Part shown: positions 55,675 to 64,000 of the stretch, one piece after another | How the letters are laid out: every line of letters begins with the position of its first letter | Position numbering within the stretch: position 1 is the first letter of the stretch | Assembly (NCBI GenBank): GCA_902521805.1 | Contig: CABYTL010000004.1 | Location: 7,769-71,768 of the forward strand | Direction of reading: 5' to 3' | DNA from: an uncultured Pelagibacteraceae bacterium | Lineage (GTDB): Bacteria > Pseudomonadota > Alphaproteobacteria > Pelagibacterales > Pelagibacteraceae | Length of the DNA stretch: 64,000 bases | Translations under genes and position numbers: made by a program | Notes under the pieces: generated by a model | What the model saw: the letters and a program-made list of their open reading frames with translations, nothing else | What the model was told of the DNA's origin: nothing | The model's database searches: none

Positions 55675-56828
55675 TTAAAATAGTTTTGTAAAATATTTTT
55701 ATAAATTTTAGTTAAATTTTTTAAATCTTTTAAGGATACTGCCTCGTCCACTTTATGCATAGTTTTTCCCACTAAACCAAATTCTAAACCGGGAGAAAGA
55801 GACTTTATAAATCGTAAATCTGATGTTCCTCCTGTAGTAGATAACTTTGGATTAATTTTGGTGATTTTTTTTATTATATTTTGTATCATGAATGTTGTTT
55901 TATTTGGCTTTGTTAAAAAAGCTTCACCTGAAGTTCGATATTCTATATTAAATTTAGATTTATTTTTTTTACATATTTTGTTAAAAACCTTATTAAGTTT
56001 TTTTTTGATAGATTTTGAGGTGTGTTTATTATTAAATCTTACATTGAATGTTGCCTTTGCTGTTGCGGGGATAATATTATCAGCAGTATTGTTAATTTGT
56101 ATTTTTGTGACCTCTAGGTTTGTAGGTTGAAAATCTTTTGTACCTTTATCAAATTTTATATCTTTAATTTCTTTTAAAATTTTTACAATTATTGTTGAAG
56201 GATTATTTGCTCTATGAGGATAAGCTACATGCCCTTGTAAACCAAATATTGTTAATTTACCAGTTAAACTACCTCTACGTCCAATTTTAATCATTTCACC
56301 TAATTTGTTTGGATTGGTAGGCTCTCCAACTAAACAGAAATTTATTTTTTCTTTTTTTTTTTTTAAATATTTTACAACTTTTTTTGTACCATTAATTGCA
56401 TCGCCTTCTTCATCTCCTGTGATTAATAAACTAATCGATCCGTTAAATTTTTTATTATTTGACAAAAAGACGCTTACAGCAGAAACAAAGGCTGCGATAG
56501 AACTCTTCATATCATTCGCACCCCTTCCGGTTAAATGACCTTTTTTAATCGATGGTATAAAAGGATTAGTTGTCCAATCTTTTAAATTTCCTGGAGGGAC
56601 CACATCTAAGTGACCTGCAAATAAAAAATTAGGCTCTTTTTTACCTATCCTTGCATATAAATTTTTAACGGGTTGTAAGTTTTTTTCTTTAAAAATTAAC
56701 ATCTTAGATTCAAAACCTAATTTTTTAAGTTTATTTTCTAAGAATTTCATTACACCTGCATCAACTGGAGTAATTGAAGGAAATTTGATTAGCTCTTTAG
56801 CTAATTTTAATTCATTAATAATTGTCAT
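55671..56828 (-). CDS. dapE: Succinyl-diaminopimelate desuccinylase
   Basis: GHLDVVPPG, GRGANDMK, TGDEEG, GRRGS, QGHVAYPH. Confidence 0.97.
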   Translation of the reverse strand: MTIINELKLAKELIKFPSITPVDAGVMKFLENKLKKLGFESKMLIFKEKNLQPVKNLYARIGKKEPNFLFAGHLDVVPPGNLKDWTTNPFIPSIKKGHLTGRGANDMKSSIAAFVSAVSVFLSNNKKFNGSISLLITGDEEGDAINGTKKVVKYLKKKKEKINFCLVGEPTNPNKLGEMIKIGRRGSLTGKLTIFGLQGHVAYPHRANNPSTIIVKILKEIKDIKFDKGTKDFQPTNLEVTKIQINNTADNIIPATAKATFNVRFNNKHTSKSIKKKLNKVFNKICKKNKSKFNIEYRTSGEAFLTKPNKTTFMIQNIIKKITKINPKLSTTGGTSDLRFIKSLSPGLEFGLVGKTMHKVDEAVSLKDLKNLTKIYKNILQNYFK

Positions 56829-56832
56829 TACT

Positions 56833-57660
56833 TTATTCTCTTAAAAGATCATTTACTGATGTTTTTGATCTAGTTTTTTCATCAACTTGCTTGATAATTA
56901 CCGCACAAGATAATGATGGTTTAGTTGGATCACTTTTATCTGGCAATGAGCCAGGAACTACAACAGAATAAGGTGGAATTTTACCATAAAAGATTTCACC
57001 AGTTTTTCTATCAACTATTTTAGTTGATTGTCCAATATACATACCCATGCTTAAAACTGAACCTTCTCCAACAATCACTCCTTCAACAACTTCTGACATT
57101 GCTCCAAGAAAAACGTTATCCTCAATTATCGTTGGCAAAGCTTGAGCTGGCTCTAATACTCCTCCTACACCTGAACCGGCGGATATATGACAGTTTTTTC
57201 CAATTTGACAACAACTACCTGCCCTAGCAAAAGTATCTATCATTGTACCTTCGTCAATATATGCACCAATATTTACGTAGCAAGGCATAAGAACAGCATT
57301 CTTTCCAACGAAAGAACCTTTTCTAACAGGTGAATTTGGAACCATACGAAAACCAGCTTTCTCATGGTCTTCTTTTGACCATCCAGCTGTTTTACCTTTA
57401 AGCAAGTGAGATTTATCATACCAACTACTGTAAGGACCATTCAAATTTTCCATTGGATAAATTCTAAAACTTAACATAATTGCTTTCTTCAAATATTGGT
57501 GAGTAATCCATTTATTGTTAATTTTTTCAGCAACACGAGATTTTCCACTATCTAAGTCATTTATTACATTATTAATCGCATCCTTTAGAGACTTATCTGA
57601 ATTTTGATTAATTTGATCTTTAATCTCCCAAGCATCGTTTATAATTTTTTCTAAAGACAT
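56833..57660 (-). CDS. dapD: Tetrahydrodipicolinate N-succinyltransferase
   Basis: KKAIMLSFR, VNIGAY, GGVLEP, VDEKTRSKTSVNDLLR. Confidence 0.97.
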   Translation of the reverse strand: MSLEKIINDAWEIKDQINQNSDKSLKDAINNVINDLDSGKSRVAEKINNKWITHQYLKKAIMLSFRIYPMENLNGPYSSWYDKSHLLKGKTAGWSKEDHEKAGFRMVPNSPVRKGSFVGKNAVLMPCYVNIGAYIDEGTMIDTFARAGSCCQIGKNCHISAGSGVGGVLEPAQALPTIIEDNVFLGAMSEVVEGVIVGEGSVLSMGMYIGQSTKIVDRKTGEIFYGKIPPYSVVVPGSLPDKSDPTKPSLSCAVIIKQVDEKTRSKTSVNDLLRE

Positions 57661-57663
57661 AGT

Positions 57664-58353
57664 TTAAGTACTTTTTAATAGCCTTATTTCTTTTAGAAAT
57701 AAAGATAGATTTTCAATTTTATGAGAAATATAATCTTTATCTGAGTCTAACTTTCCAAAATGTTCATCATTAATTAACCAAACAGTTGTACAGCCACGTT
57801 CGTGGCCAATACTAAGATTTTTGGCTATATCCTCAATGTAGATTGTCTCTTTGGGATTAATACCAAATTTTTTAACCATTGAGTCAAAAGTCTTTGCCTC
57901 AGGTTTAGGTACATATCCTGCATCCTTGATATCAAACACTTTTTCTCTTCCAAATAAATCATAAACTCCCAGGTGGGTTAAAATATTTTTAGCGTGTTCT
58001 GCACTTCCATTTGTAAAAATAAATTTTTCCATATTTAATTGTTCAAGTTCACTTCTCATAATTCTGTCTTCTTTCATAAATGAAAGGTCTATAGTGTGAA
58101 CATATTTTAAAAATTCCTCTGGAGGTATATTGTGGTGTATCATTAGACCATTTAGACTTGTATTATATTTATAAAAATAATTTGTTTGAAGATTTTTGGC
58201 TGTTTTCATATCTATATTGAGTTTTTCTGAAATAAATTTAGTCATTCTCTTTGATACTTGGCCAAACACCCTTTCTAATGAATAATTATTATGTTTTCCG
58301 TAACAAACTCCATCAAGATCTAACAAAAGATATTTTTTCTCTTTTAAATTCAT
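57664..58353 (-). CDS. Pyrimidine 5'-nucleotidase (HAD family)
   Basis: LDLDG, FTNGS, PKPE, IEDIAKNL; typical position between argB and dapD. Confidence 0.88.
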   Translation of the reverse strand: MNLKEKKYLLLDLDGVCYGKHNNYSLERVFGQVSKRMTKFISEKLNIDMKTAKNLQTNYFYKYNTSLNGLMIHHNIPPEEFLKYVHTIDLSFMKEDRIMRSELEQLNMEKFIFTNGSAEHAKNILTHLGVYDLFGREKVFDIKDAGYVPKPEAKTFDSMVKKFGINPKETIYIEDIAKNLSIGHERGCTTVWLINDEHFGKLDSDKDYISHKIENLSLFLKEIRLLKST

Positions 58354-59201
58354 TTTCTTATTAATGTACCTGAACCTCGGTCAGAGAATATTTCCCACAA
58401 GCAGGAATGTTCTTTTGTACCATTTATTATTCCAACACCAGTAACACCATTATTTACAGCATCTAGGCAAGCATTTATTTTGGGTATCATACCTTCTGTG
58501 ATAGTACCATCTTCTAACATTTTAAAAATCTTTGATGAAGATAACTCTTCTATAAGTTTTTTTTCTTTATCTAAAACACCATCCACATTAGTCATTAAAA
58601 GCAATCTTCTAGATTTTAAAGATTTTGCGATAGCCATTGCAGCAGTATCTCCATTAATATTATGTGTTTGATTTTTTTTCCCCAGTCCCAGAGGAGAAAT
58701 AACGGGAATTTTATTTTGTTTGATGATGTCAAATAAGATATTATTATTAATTTTATTAGGTACTCCTACAAACCCCAGTTCCTCAGCTTCTGGTATAACC
58801 TCAATAATATTATTATTTTTGGTATGTATAGAAACAGCTTGTGTGCCTTTTTTTTTCAAAGAATTAACAATGTCGATATTGAAATCAATCAAAACTGACT
58901 CAACTATATTTATTATTTTTTCATCCGTTACTCTTAATCCATTTATAAATTTTGATTTAATATTAGACTTATCTAATTCTCTTTTTATTCTTGGCCCGCC
59001 CCCGTGAACAACTATAATTGAAAGACCAAGTTTATTTAATATACTTACATCAGTTACAAAATTACTAAAAATATCTCTATCTATTAGAACATTTCCTCCA
59101 TATTTGATAACTATTAATTCATTTTTATATTTTTTAATATATTTGATAACCTCATCTATTGGAGGTCCATTTTTTGGTAATATTTTATTGAAGTCCATCA
59201 A
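58350..59201 (-). CDS. argB: Acetylglutamate kinase
   Basis: VIKYGGN, VHGGGP, GLRVTD, NINGD, GMIPKI. Confidence 0.97.
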   Translation of the reverse strand: MMDFNKILPKNGPPIDEVIKYIKKYKNELIVIKYGGNVLIDRDIFSNFVTDVSILNKLGLSIIVVHGGGPRIKRELDKSNIKSKFINGLRVTDEKIINIVESVLIDFNIDIVNSLKKKGTQAVSIHTKNNNIIEVIPEAEELGFVGVPNKINNNILFDIIKQNKIPVISPLGLGKKNQTHNINGDTAAMAIAKSLKSRRLLLMTNVDGVLDKEKKLIEELSSSKIFKMLEDGTITEGMIPKINACLDAVNNGVTGVGIINGTKEHSCLWEIFSDRGSGTLIRK

Positions 59202-59227
59202 TTGTAAATTGCTTAATTAAAAAAAAT

Positions 59228-60910
59228 TTAGGTTGTAGTTTTAGTTGTAGTTCGCTTCATAATGAAGACTTGTTGTGCCATAGTTAATATATTATTTACA
59301 GTCCAGTAAATAACTAATCCTGCAGGAAAAGGAGCCAATATCACTGTCAAAAAAAGAGGAAAGAACATAAATATTTTTGCCTGAATTGGATCAGTAGGTG
59401 CAGGATTTAATTTTTGCTGAACCCACATTGAGACACCCATTGCAATTGGCCATGCCCCAATAACTAAAAAAGATGGAACATCATAAGGCAGTAATCCAAA
59501 TAAATTAAATATTGAAGTTGGGTCACGCTCTGATAAGTCTTTAATCCAGCCATAGAATGGCATTTGTCTCATTTCAATCGTTACAAATAGCACTTTATAT
59601 AAAGCAAAAAAAACTGGAATTTGAACAAGAATTGGCAGACAACCTGACATTGGATTAACTTTTTCTTTTTTATATAGAGCCATCATAGCTTGTTGTAATT
59701 TCATCTTATCATCTTTATGAAGTTCTTTTAGACGAACCATTTCAGGCTGAAGCACTTTCATTTTTGCCATACTTCTAAAAGAAAAATTTGCTAAAGGAAA
59801 AAATACTAATCGTATACAAATAGTAATTGCAATTATTGCTAGACCATAATTTCCCAGTAATTTAAAAAAATAGTCTATTCCGTAAAAAAGTGGTTTTGTT
59901 ATAAAATACAAAAATCCCCAATCAATTACTAGATCAAATTTATCTATACTTAATTGGTTTGCATAGCCGTCAACAACATCAACTCTTTTTGCAGCAATAA
60001 TAATTTGCATTTCATCTTCGATAGATGATTTGCCTCCAAGTTCTATTGGTTGAGCAGATATAAAATTGGCTCTAAATTTATTTTTATAGTCAAAGGTAGT
60101 TTTGAACTCTTTATCTCTGGGAGGAATAATGGAACTTATCCAATATTTATCTCCAATACCAAACCAACCTTTATTCGCATTTTTACTAAACTTTTCTTCT
60201 GCTATATCATCATAATCCTCTTCAAAGAGTTCCCCGTCAAGTGCTGCCAGCATACCCTCATGTAAGATATAAAAGTTAGAGAGACCATCAGGGACTTTAT
60301 TTCTTATAATTTGTCCATATGAGTAAAAATCAAACTTTTTATCTGTAGAATTGATTACTTTTTGCTTTATTGTAAACAAAAATTTATCATCTAATAAAAT
60401 TTCTTTTTCAAACTTTATTCCTTGATTATTTGTCCAGGATAGGCGGATTGAATTTTGTTCTGTTAACTTTGTATTACCTATAACTGACCATAGAGCCTCT
60501 GAATTTGGTACATCAATATTTTTATCAGATGTAATGTATCCACTTTCTATAAAATACCCTTCCTCTATATTTCTTGGGTTAAGCAAAGTTACATTTTCAT
60601 CATCCTTTAAGTTTGTATTATATTTTTTAAATGTTAAATCATCAATAATTGCACCTTTTAAAGATATTGAGCCTTTTATATTTTTATTTTCAAAAATTAT
60701 TCTTTCACTTTGGTTAATTGCTACATCTCTTGAAATTTTAATTTCTTTTTCGTTTTCCTCTATATTTGGAGCATCTGATTTTTTTTCAATTTTATTTTGT
60801 TCTGATAAGTTTTGAGATTTTTGAACTGGCTCAGGGATAAAGAATAATGAGTAAAAAATTATTACTGCTGCTGAGAGAGAAATTGCTGCTATTACGTTCT
60901 TTGTATCCAT
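59228..60910 (-). CDS. yidC: Membrane protein insertase
   Basis: IDWGFLYFITKP, GCLPILVQIPVF, PAGLVIYWTVNN. Confidence 0.98.
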   Translation of the reverse strand: MDTKNVIAAISLSAAVIIFYSLFFIPEPVQKSQNLSEQNKIEKKSDAPNIEENEKEIKISRDVAINQSERIIFENKNIKGSISLKGAIIDDLTFKKYNTNLKDDENVTLLNPRNIEEGYFIESGYITSDKNIDVPNSEALWSVIGNTKLTEQNSIRLSWTNNQGIKFEKEILLDDKFLFTIKQKVINSTDKKFDFYSYGQIIRNKVPDGLSNFYILHEGMLAALDGELFEEDYDDIAEEKFSKNANKGWFGIGDKYWISSIIPPRDKEFKTTFDYKNKFRANFISAQPIELGGKSSIEDEMQIIIAAKRVDVVDGYANQLSIDKFDLVIDWGFLYFITKPLFYGIDYFFKLLGNYGLAIIAITICIRLVFFPLANFSFRSMAKMKVLQPEMVRLKELHKDDKMKLQQAMMALYKKEKVNPMSGCLPILVQIPVFFALYKVLFVTIEMRQMPFYGWIKDLSERDPTSIFNLFGLLPYDVPSFLVIGAWPIAMGVSMWVQQKLNPAPTDPIQAKIFMFFPLFLTVILAPFPAGLVIYWTVNNILTMAQQVFIMKRTTTKTTT

Positions 60911-61161
60911 TATTTTTTAAATTTTACTTTTTTATCTACCGGGTCAAAACCCTCACCACCACCAAGAATTTTTATTGGATGGCAGGACAATAATCTTTTA
61001 ATGGTTAAAAAAAGACCTTTCAAAAAACCAAATTTTTTTAACGACTCAATACTGTACTCAGAGCATGTGGGTAAGTAACGACAAGAATGTCCAAGCAAAG
61101 GGCTAAAAATAAATTGATAAACTTTAATAATTTTTATTAAGATTACTGTAAAAATGTTCAT
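60910..61161 (-). CDS. yidD: Membrane protein insertion efficiency factor
   Basis: CRYLPTCSEY, RLLSCHP, GFDPV. Confidence 0.95.
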   Translation of the reverse strand: MNIFTVILIKIIKVYQFIFSPLLGHSCRYLPTCSEYSIESLKKFGFLKGLFLTIKRLLSCHPIKILGGGEGFDPVDKKVKFKK

Positions 61162-61502
61162 TAATTTATTCTCTCTAAATCTCGAAACAAGGTTTCTTTT
61201 ATATTCGTATAATTGTTGTTTAACATAGTTGGCTTAGCAATAACAAGATATGAATAATTAAATTTTAAAGAAATCTCTTTTACTGCATCATTCATTATAT
61301 TTCTTAATCGCCTTTTTATTTTATTTCTTTTTACTGCATTACCAATTTTTTTTTTTGCCACAAAGCTAATATTTAGTCTGTTTTTATTTTTATTTGGTAA
61401 TTTTCCAAAAAAAATAGTTGTATATTTATTATTAATTTTTTTTTGGTTAATAAGATTTTTAAATTCCTCATTTTTTGAAAGAGCAAGTATTTTGCTTTTC
61501 AT
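61161..61502 (-). CDS. rnpA: RNase P protein component
   Basis: KKIGNAVKRNKIKRRLR motif. Confidence 0.95.
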   Translation of the reverse strand: MKSKILALSKNEEFKNLINQKKINNKYTTIFFGKLPNKNKNRLNISFVAKKKIGNAVKRNKIKRRLRNIMNDAVKEISLKFNYSYLVIAKPTMLNNNYTNIKETLFRDLERIN

Positions 61503-61512
61503 TTAAGTATGA

Positions 61513-61668
61513 TTATTTTTTCTTAACAGTTGACGAAACGGTTAAAATTTTTCTGCCTCTTGACCTTCTTCTTTTAAGAAGTTTTCTACCACCTTTGGTT
61601 TTCATTTTTGATCGAAATCCGTGTTTTTTTAATCTCTTACCTTTTTTTGGTTGATATGTTCTTTTCAT
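61513..61668 (-). CDS. rpmH: 50S ribosomal protein L34 (51 aa)
   Basis: Hand translation [51 protein letters not shown]; not in ORF track. Confidence 0.97.
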   Translation of the reverse strand: MKRTYQPKKGKRLKKHGFRSKMKTKGGRKLLKRRRSRGRKILTVSSTVKKK

Positions 61669-61759
61669 TAATGTGACCTAATTTTAATAATTTTTCGCTC
61701 TTTATAATAATTAAATATATAAATAGCAAATAGAAGATTTTGTATTAACATCCAAATCA

Positions 61760-62479
61760 ATGGAAAAATCAAAAAAAATTAAATTATTTATAGGCCTATT
61801 TTATGTTTCTATGGTTAGTCTATTTTTATATTTTTTTTTCTCAAAATTTAGTCTTCAAGAAATTACAAGTTACCAATTCATTAAAAATAACCGAGATTAT
61901 TTTTATCATCTTAGAGAAACTAATTTTATTTTATTATCAATTCTATTTATAACATTTTCAACTTTATGGGTACTTGCAGCTGGATTTGGAACACCTTTAG
62001 CTTTATTTGCTGGATTTATATTTGGCAAATGGCTTGGTTTGATATTTTCAGTTCTAGGAATGACTTTTGGTGCAACTTTACTTTATGTCTTTGCAAATTA
62101 TTTTTTAAAAGAGATGATAAGAAATAAATTTTTAAATCGATTTAAAATTCTTGAAGAAAAATTTAAAAAATCCGAATTTCTTTATTTATTGATTTTTAGA
62201 TTTATTGGAGGAATACCATTTCAAATTCAGAATGTTTTACCATGTATATTCAATGTAAAAATATATAATTATTTTTGGTCAACATTCTTGGGTATAATAC
62301 CATCTCTATTTTTGGTTATTTCGATTGGTAGTGGACTTGAGAAAATAATAGATCAAAATTTGGAAGCACCTAGTGTAATTGATTTGATTACATCACCTTC
62401 GATTTATATTCCATTAATTGCCTTTTTTACTTTATTAGGAATAACGATTTTTTTAAGAAATTTATTTTATAAAAAATAA
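61760..62479 (+). CDS. TVP38/TMEM64 (VTT/DedA) membrane protein
   Basis: GFIFG...GATLLY, LIFRFIGGIPF, STFLGIIP. Confidence 0.88.
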   Translation: MEKSKKIKLFIGLFYVSMVSLFLYFFFSKFSLQEITSYQFIKNNRDYFYHLRETNFILLSILFITFSTLWVLAAGFGTPLALFAGFIFGKWLGLIFSVLGMTFGATLLYVFANYFLKEMIRNKFLNRFKILEEKFKKSEFLYLLIFRFIGGIPFQIQNVLPCIFNVKIYNYFWSTFLGIIPSLFLVISIGSGLEKIIDQNLEAPSVIDLITSPSIYIPLIAFFTLLGITIFLRNLFYKK

Positions 62480-62481
62480 TC

Positions 62482-62555
62482 TGGTGCTCCCACCCTGTAC
62501 TGACCAGGGAACTAGTCATTACCAATGACTTGTTATACCATTTAACTACAGGAGC
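62482..62555 (-). tRNA. tRNA-Thr(GGT) with atypical T-loop
   Basis: Reverse complement GCTCCTG TA GTTA-AATGGTA-TAAC A AGTCA-TTGGTAA-TGACT AGTT CCCTG-GTCAGTA-CAGGG TGGGAGC ACCA. Confidence 0.85.
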
Positions 62556-62567
62556 ATATAATATCAA

Positions 62568-62855
62568 TTGTATTTTATTGATTATAATGGATTTTTTCAA
62601 ATTATTGCCTTAATTTTTTTAATAATATGCATTATACAAACCTTAGGATTTTTTATGGGCATTCATTACGATTACAAATCTACAAAAAGTGCTAAGCTTA
62701 TGGAGAAGCAAGCTAAAAGAGAGAAAAAACTTGCTGAAAAAAAAGCAAAAAGATTAGCTAAGGAAGGCCCAAAAAAAGAGGAAATTGAAAGAAATACTTT
62801 AGATACTTCTAAGCCAATAACATTAGATTTTTTAACAAATCCAAACAAAGAATGA
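62568..62855 (+). CDS. Hypothetical membrane-anchored protein with basic helical tail
   Basis: One TM segment then KQAKREKKLAEKKAKRLAKE; TTG start. Confidence 0.65.
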   Translation: MYFIDYNGFFQIIALIFLIICIIQTLGFFMGIHYDYKSTKSAKLMEKQAKREKKLAEKKAKRLAKEGPKKEEIERNTLDTSKPITLDFLTNPNKE

Positions 62856-62971
62856 AAGAGAACGAGAAAAATGAGCGTTTAAGTTTAGCTCTGAGAAAAA
62901 ATTTAAAAAAAAGAAAACTCTTTCAAAAAAAAATAAAAAAGAAAAAAAATAATGTCAGTTCTCTCAGATAA
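62852..62971 (+). CDS. Small basic protein (39 aa) upstream of dcd/murA
   Basis: [39 protein letters not shown]; ATGA overlap with the upstream stop; RLxxALRxNLxxRK motif. Confidence 0.7.
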   Translation: MKENEKNERLSLALRKNLKKRKLFQKKIKKKKNNVSSLR

Positions 62972-63503
62972 ATGGATTAGAAAAATGTCTAAAGAAGGCA
63001 TGATAACTCCTTTCAAAGAAAAACAAGTTAGAGGAAATAGTATTTCATATGGACTTTCGTCTTTTGGATATGATGCAAGAGTTTCTGATGAATTCAAAAT
63101 TTTTACTAATGTTAATTCTGAGGTAGTAGATCCAAAGAATTTTAAACCGACTAACTTTGTAACAAAGAAGGTTTCTGAATGTATAATTCCTCCTAATTCA
63201 TTTGTATTGGCTAGAACTGTTGAAAAATTTAAAATACCAAATGATGTACTTGTTATTTGTCTTGGAAAATCAACATACGCTAGATGTGGAATTATTGTTA
63301 ACGTTACACCATTAGAACCAGGCTGGGAAGGATATGTGACTTTAGAGTTTTCAAATACAACTCCTTTACCTGCAAAAATTTACGCAAACGAGGGCGTTGC
63401 ACAGTTTATATTTTTAAAAGGAAATGAAAAACCAGAGGTGTCTTATGCTGATCGAAATGGTAAATATATGGGACAGACTGGAGTAACTTTACCTAAAGTT
63501 TAA
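62952..63503 (+). CDS. dcd: dCTP deaminase
   Basis: [31 protein letters not shown]. Confidence 0.97.
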   Translation: MSVLSDKWIRKMSKEGMITPFKEKQVRGNSISYGLSSFGYDARVSDEFKIFTNVNSEVVDPKNFKPTNFVTKKVSECIIPPNSFVLARTVEKFKIPNDVLVICLGKSTYARCGIIVNVTPLEPGWEGYVTLEFSNTTPLPAKIYANEGVAQFIFLKGNEKPEVSYADRNGKYMGQTGVTLPKV

Positions 63504-63505
63504 TT

Positions 63506-64000
63506 ATGCAAAAATTAGAGGTCTTTGGAGCAACTAAGCTCAAAGGACAAATTAAAATTTCAGGTTCAAAAAATGCTTCGTTACCTATTCTTGCTGCAAC
63601 CTTATTATCAAAAAAAAAGATAAATCTTAAAAATGTACCTAAAGTACGTGACATTGAAACTATGTTAACATTATTAAGGTCTTTAGGATCTAAAGTTAAT
63701 TCAAAAAAAAATCAATTAATAATTAACAATTCTAAACAAAAAAAAAATTTTGCATCTTACAATTTAGTAAAAACAATGCGAGCAGGAATTTTAGTGCTTG
63801 GTCCTTTACTTGCGAAATATAGTTCGGCCAAAGTTTCTTTACCCGGAGGGTGTGCAATAGGGACACGTCCAATTGATATTCATTTGAAAGCCTTATCAAA
63901 ATTAGGAGTAAAATATAAAATTAACCAGGGATATGTTATTGCAAATGCACCCAAAGGACTAAAAGGAAATAAAATTCATTTTAAAAAAATTTCAGTAGGT
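63506..64000 (+). CDS. murA: UDP-N-acetylglucosamine 1-carboxyvinyltransferase, 5' part (runs off the window end)
   Basis: MQKLEVFGATKLKGQIKISGSKNASLPILAATLL...MRAGILVLGPLL...SLPGGCAIGTRPID. Confidence 0.97.
   Translation, partial: MQKLEVFGATKLKGQIKISGSKNASLPILAATLLSKKKINLKNVPKVRDIETMLTLLRSLGSKVNSKKNQLIINNSKQKKNFASYNLVKTMRAGILVLGPLLAKYSSAKVSLPGGCAIGTRPIDIHLKALSKLGVKYKINQGYVIANAPKGLKGNKIHFKKISVG

Overview
AT-rich, very gene-dense bacterial chromosome segment. Gene content, order and protein sequences point to a streamlined alphaproteobacterium, most likely Candidatus Pelagibacter (SAR11); this assignment is inferred, not database-checked. Most of the window is core housekeeping: dnaN 3' end, lysA/argH, aceEF, gltDB, thrS-infC-rpmI-rplT-pheST-lepA, gyrB, regB, cobST, aroKB, def-fmt-truA, dapDE, argB, yidC/yidD/rnpA/rpmH, dcd and the murA 5' end. 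There are four tRNAs and a small glycosyltransferase islet. No CRISPR array, prophage or integrase was seen. The most notable item is missing from the ORF track: a self-contained unit at about 9396-9703 (AT tract, TTGACA promoter, 5' hairpin, strong RBS, terminator) encoding a 27-aa protamine/H1-like peptide with 20 of 27 residues K or R. It converges on a CarD with a long Lys-rich N-terminal tail, and the window also holds an adjacent HDAC plus SET methyltransferase pair, which together suggest a testable lysine-modification/nucleoid system. Other oddities: a tRNA-Thr(GGU) with a non-canonical T-loop, a lipoyl domain fused to AceE, a short GyrB with a TOPRIM insertion, a RegB with an altered H-box, and several unannotated small proteins.
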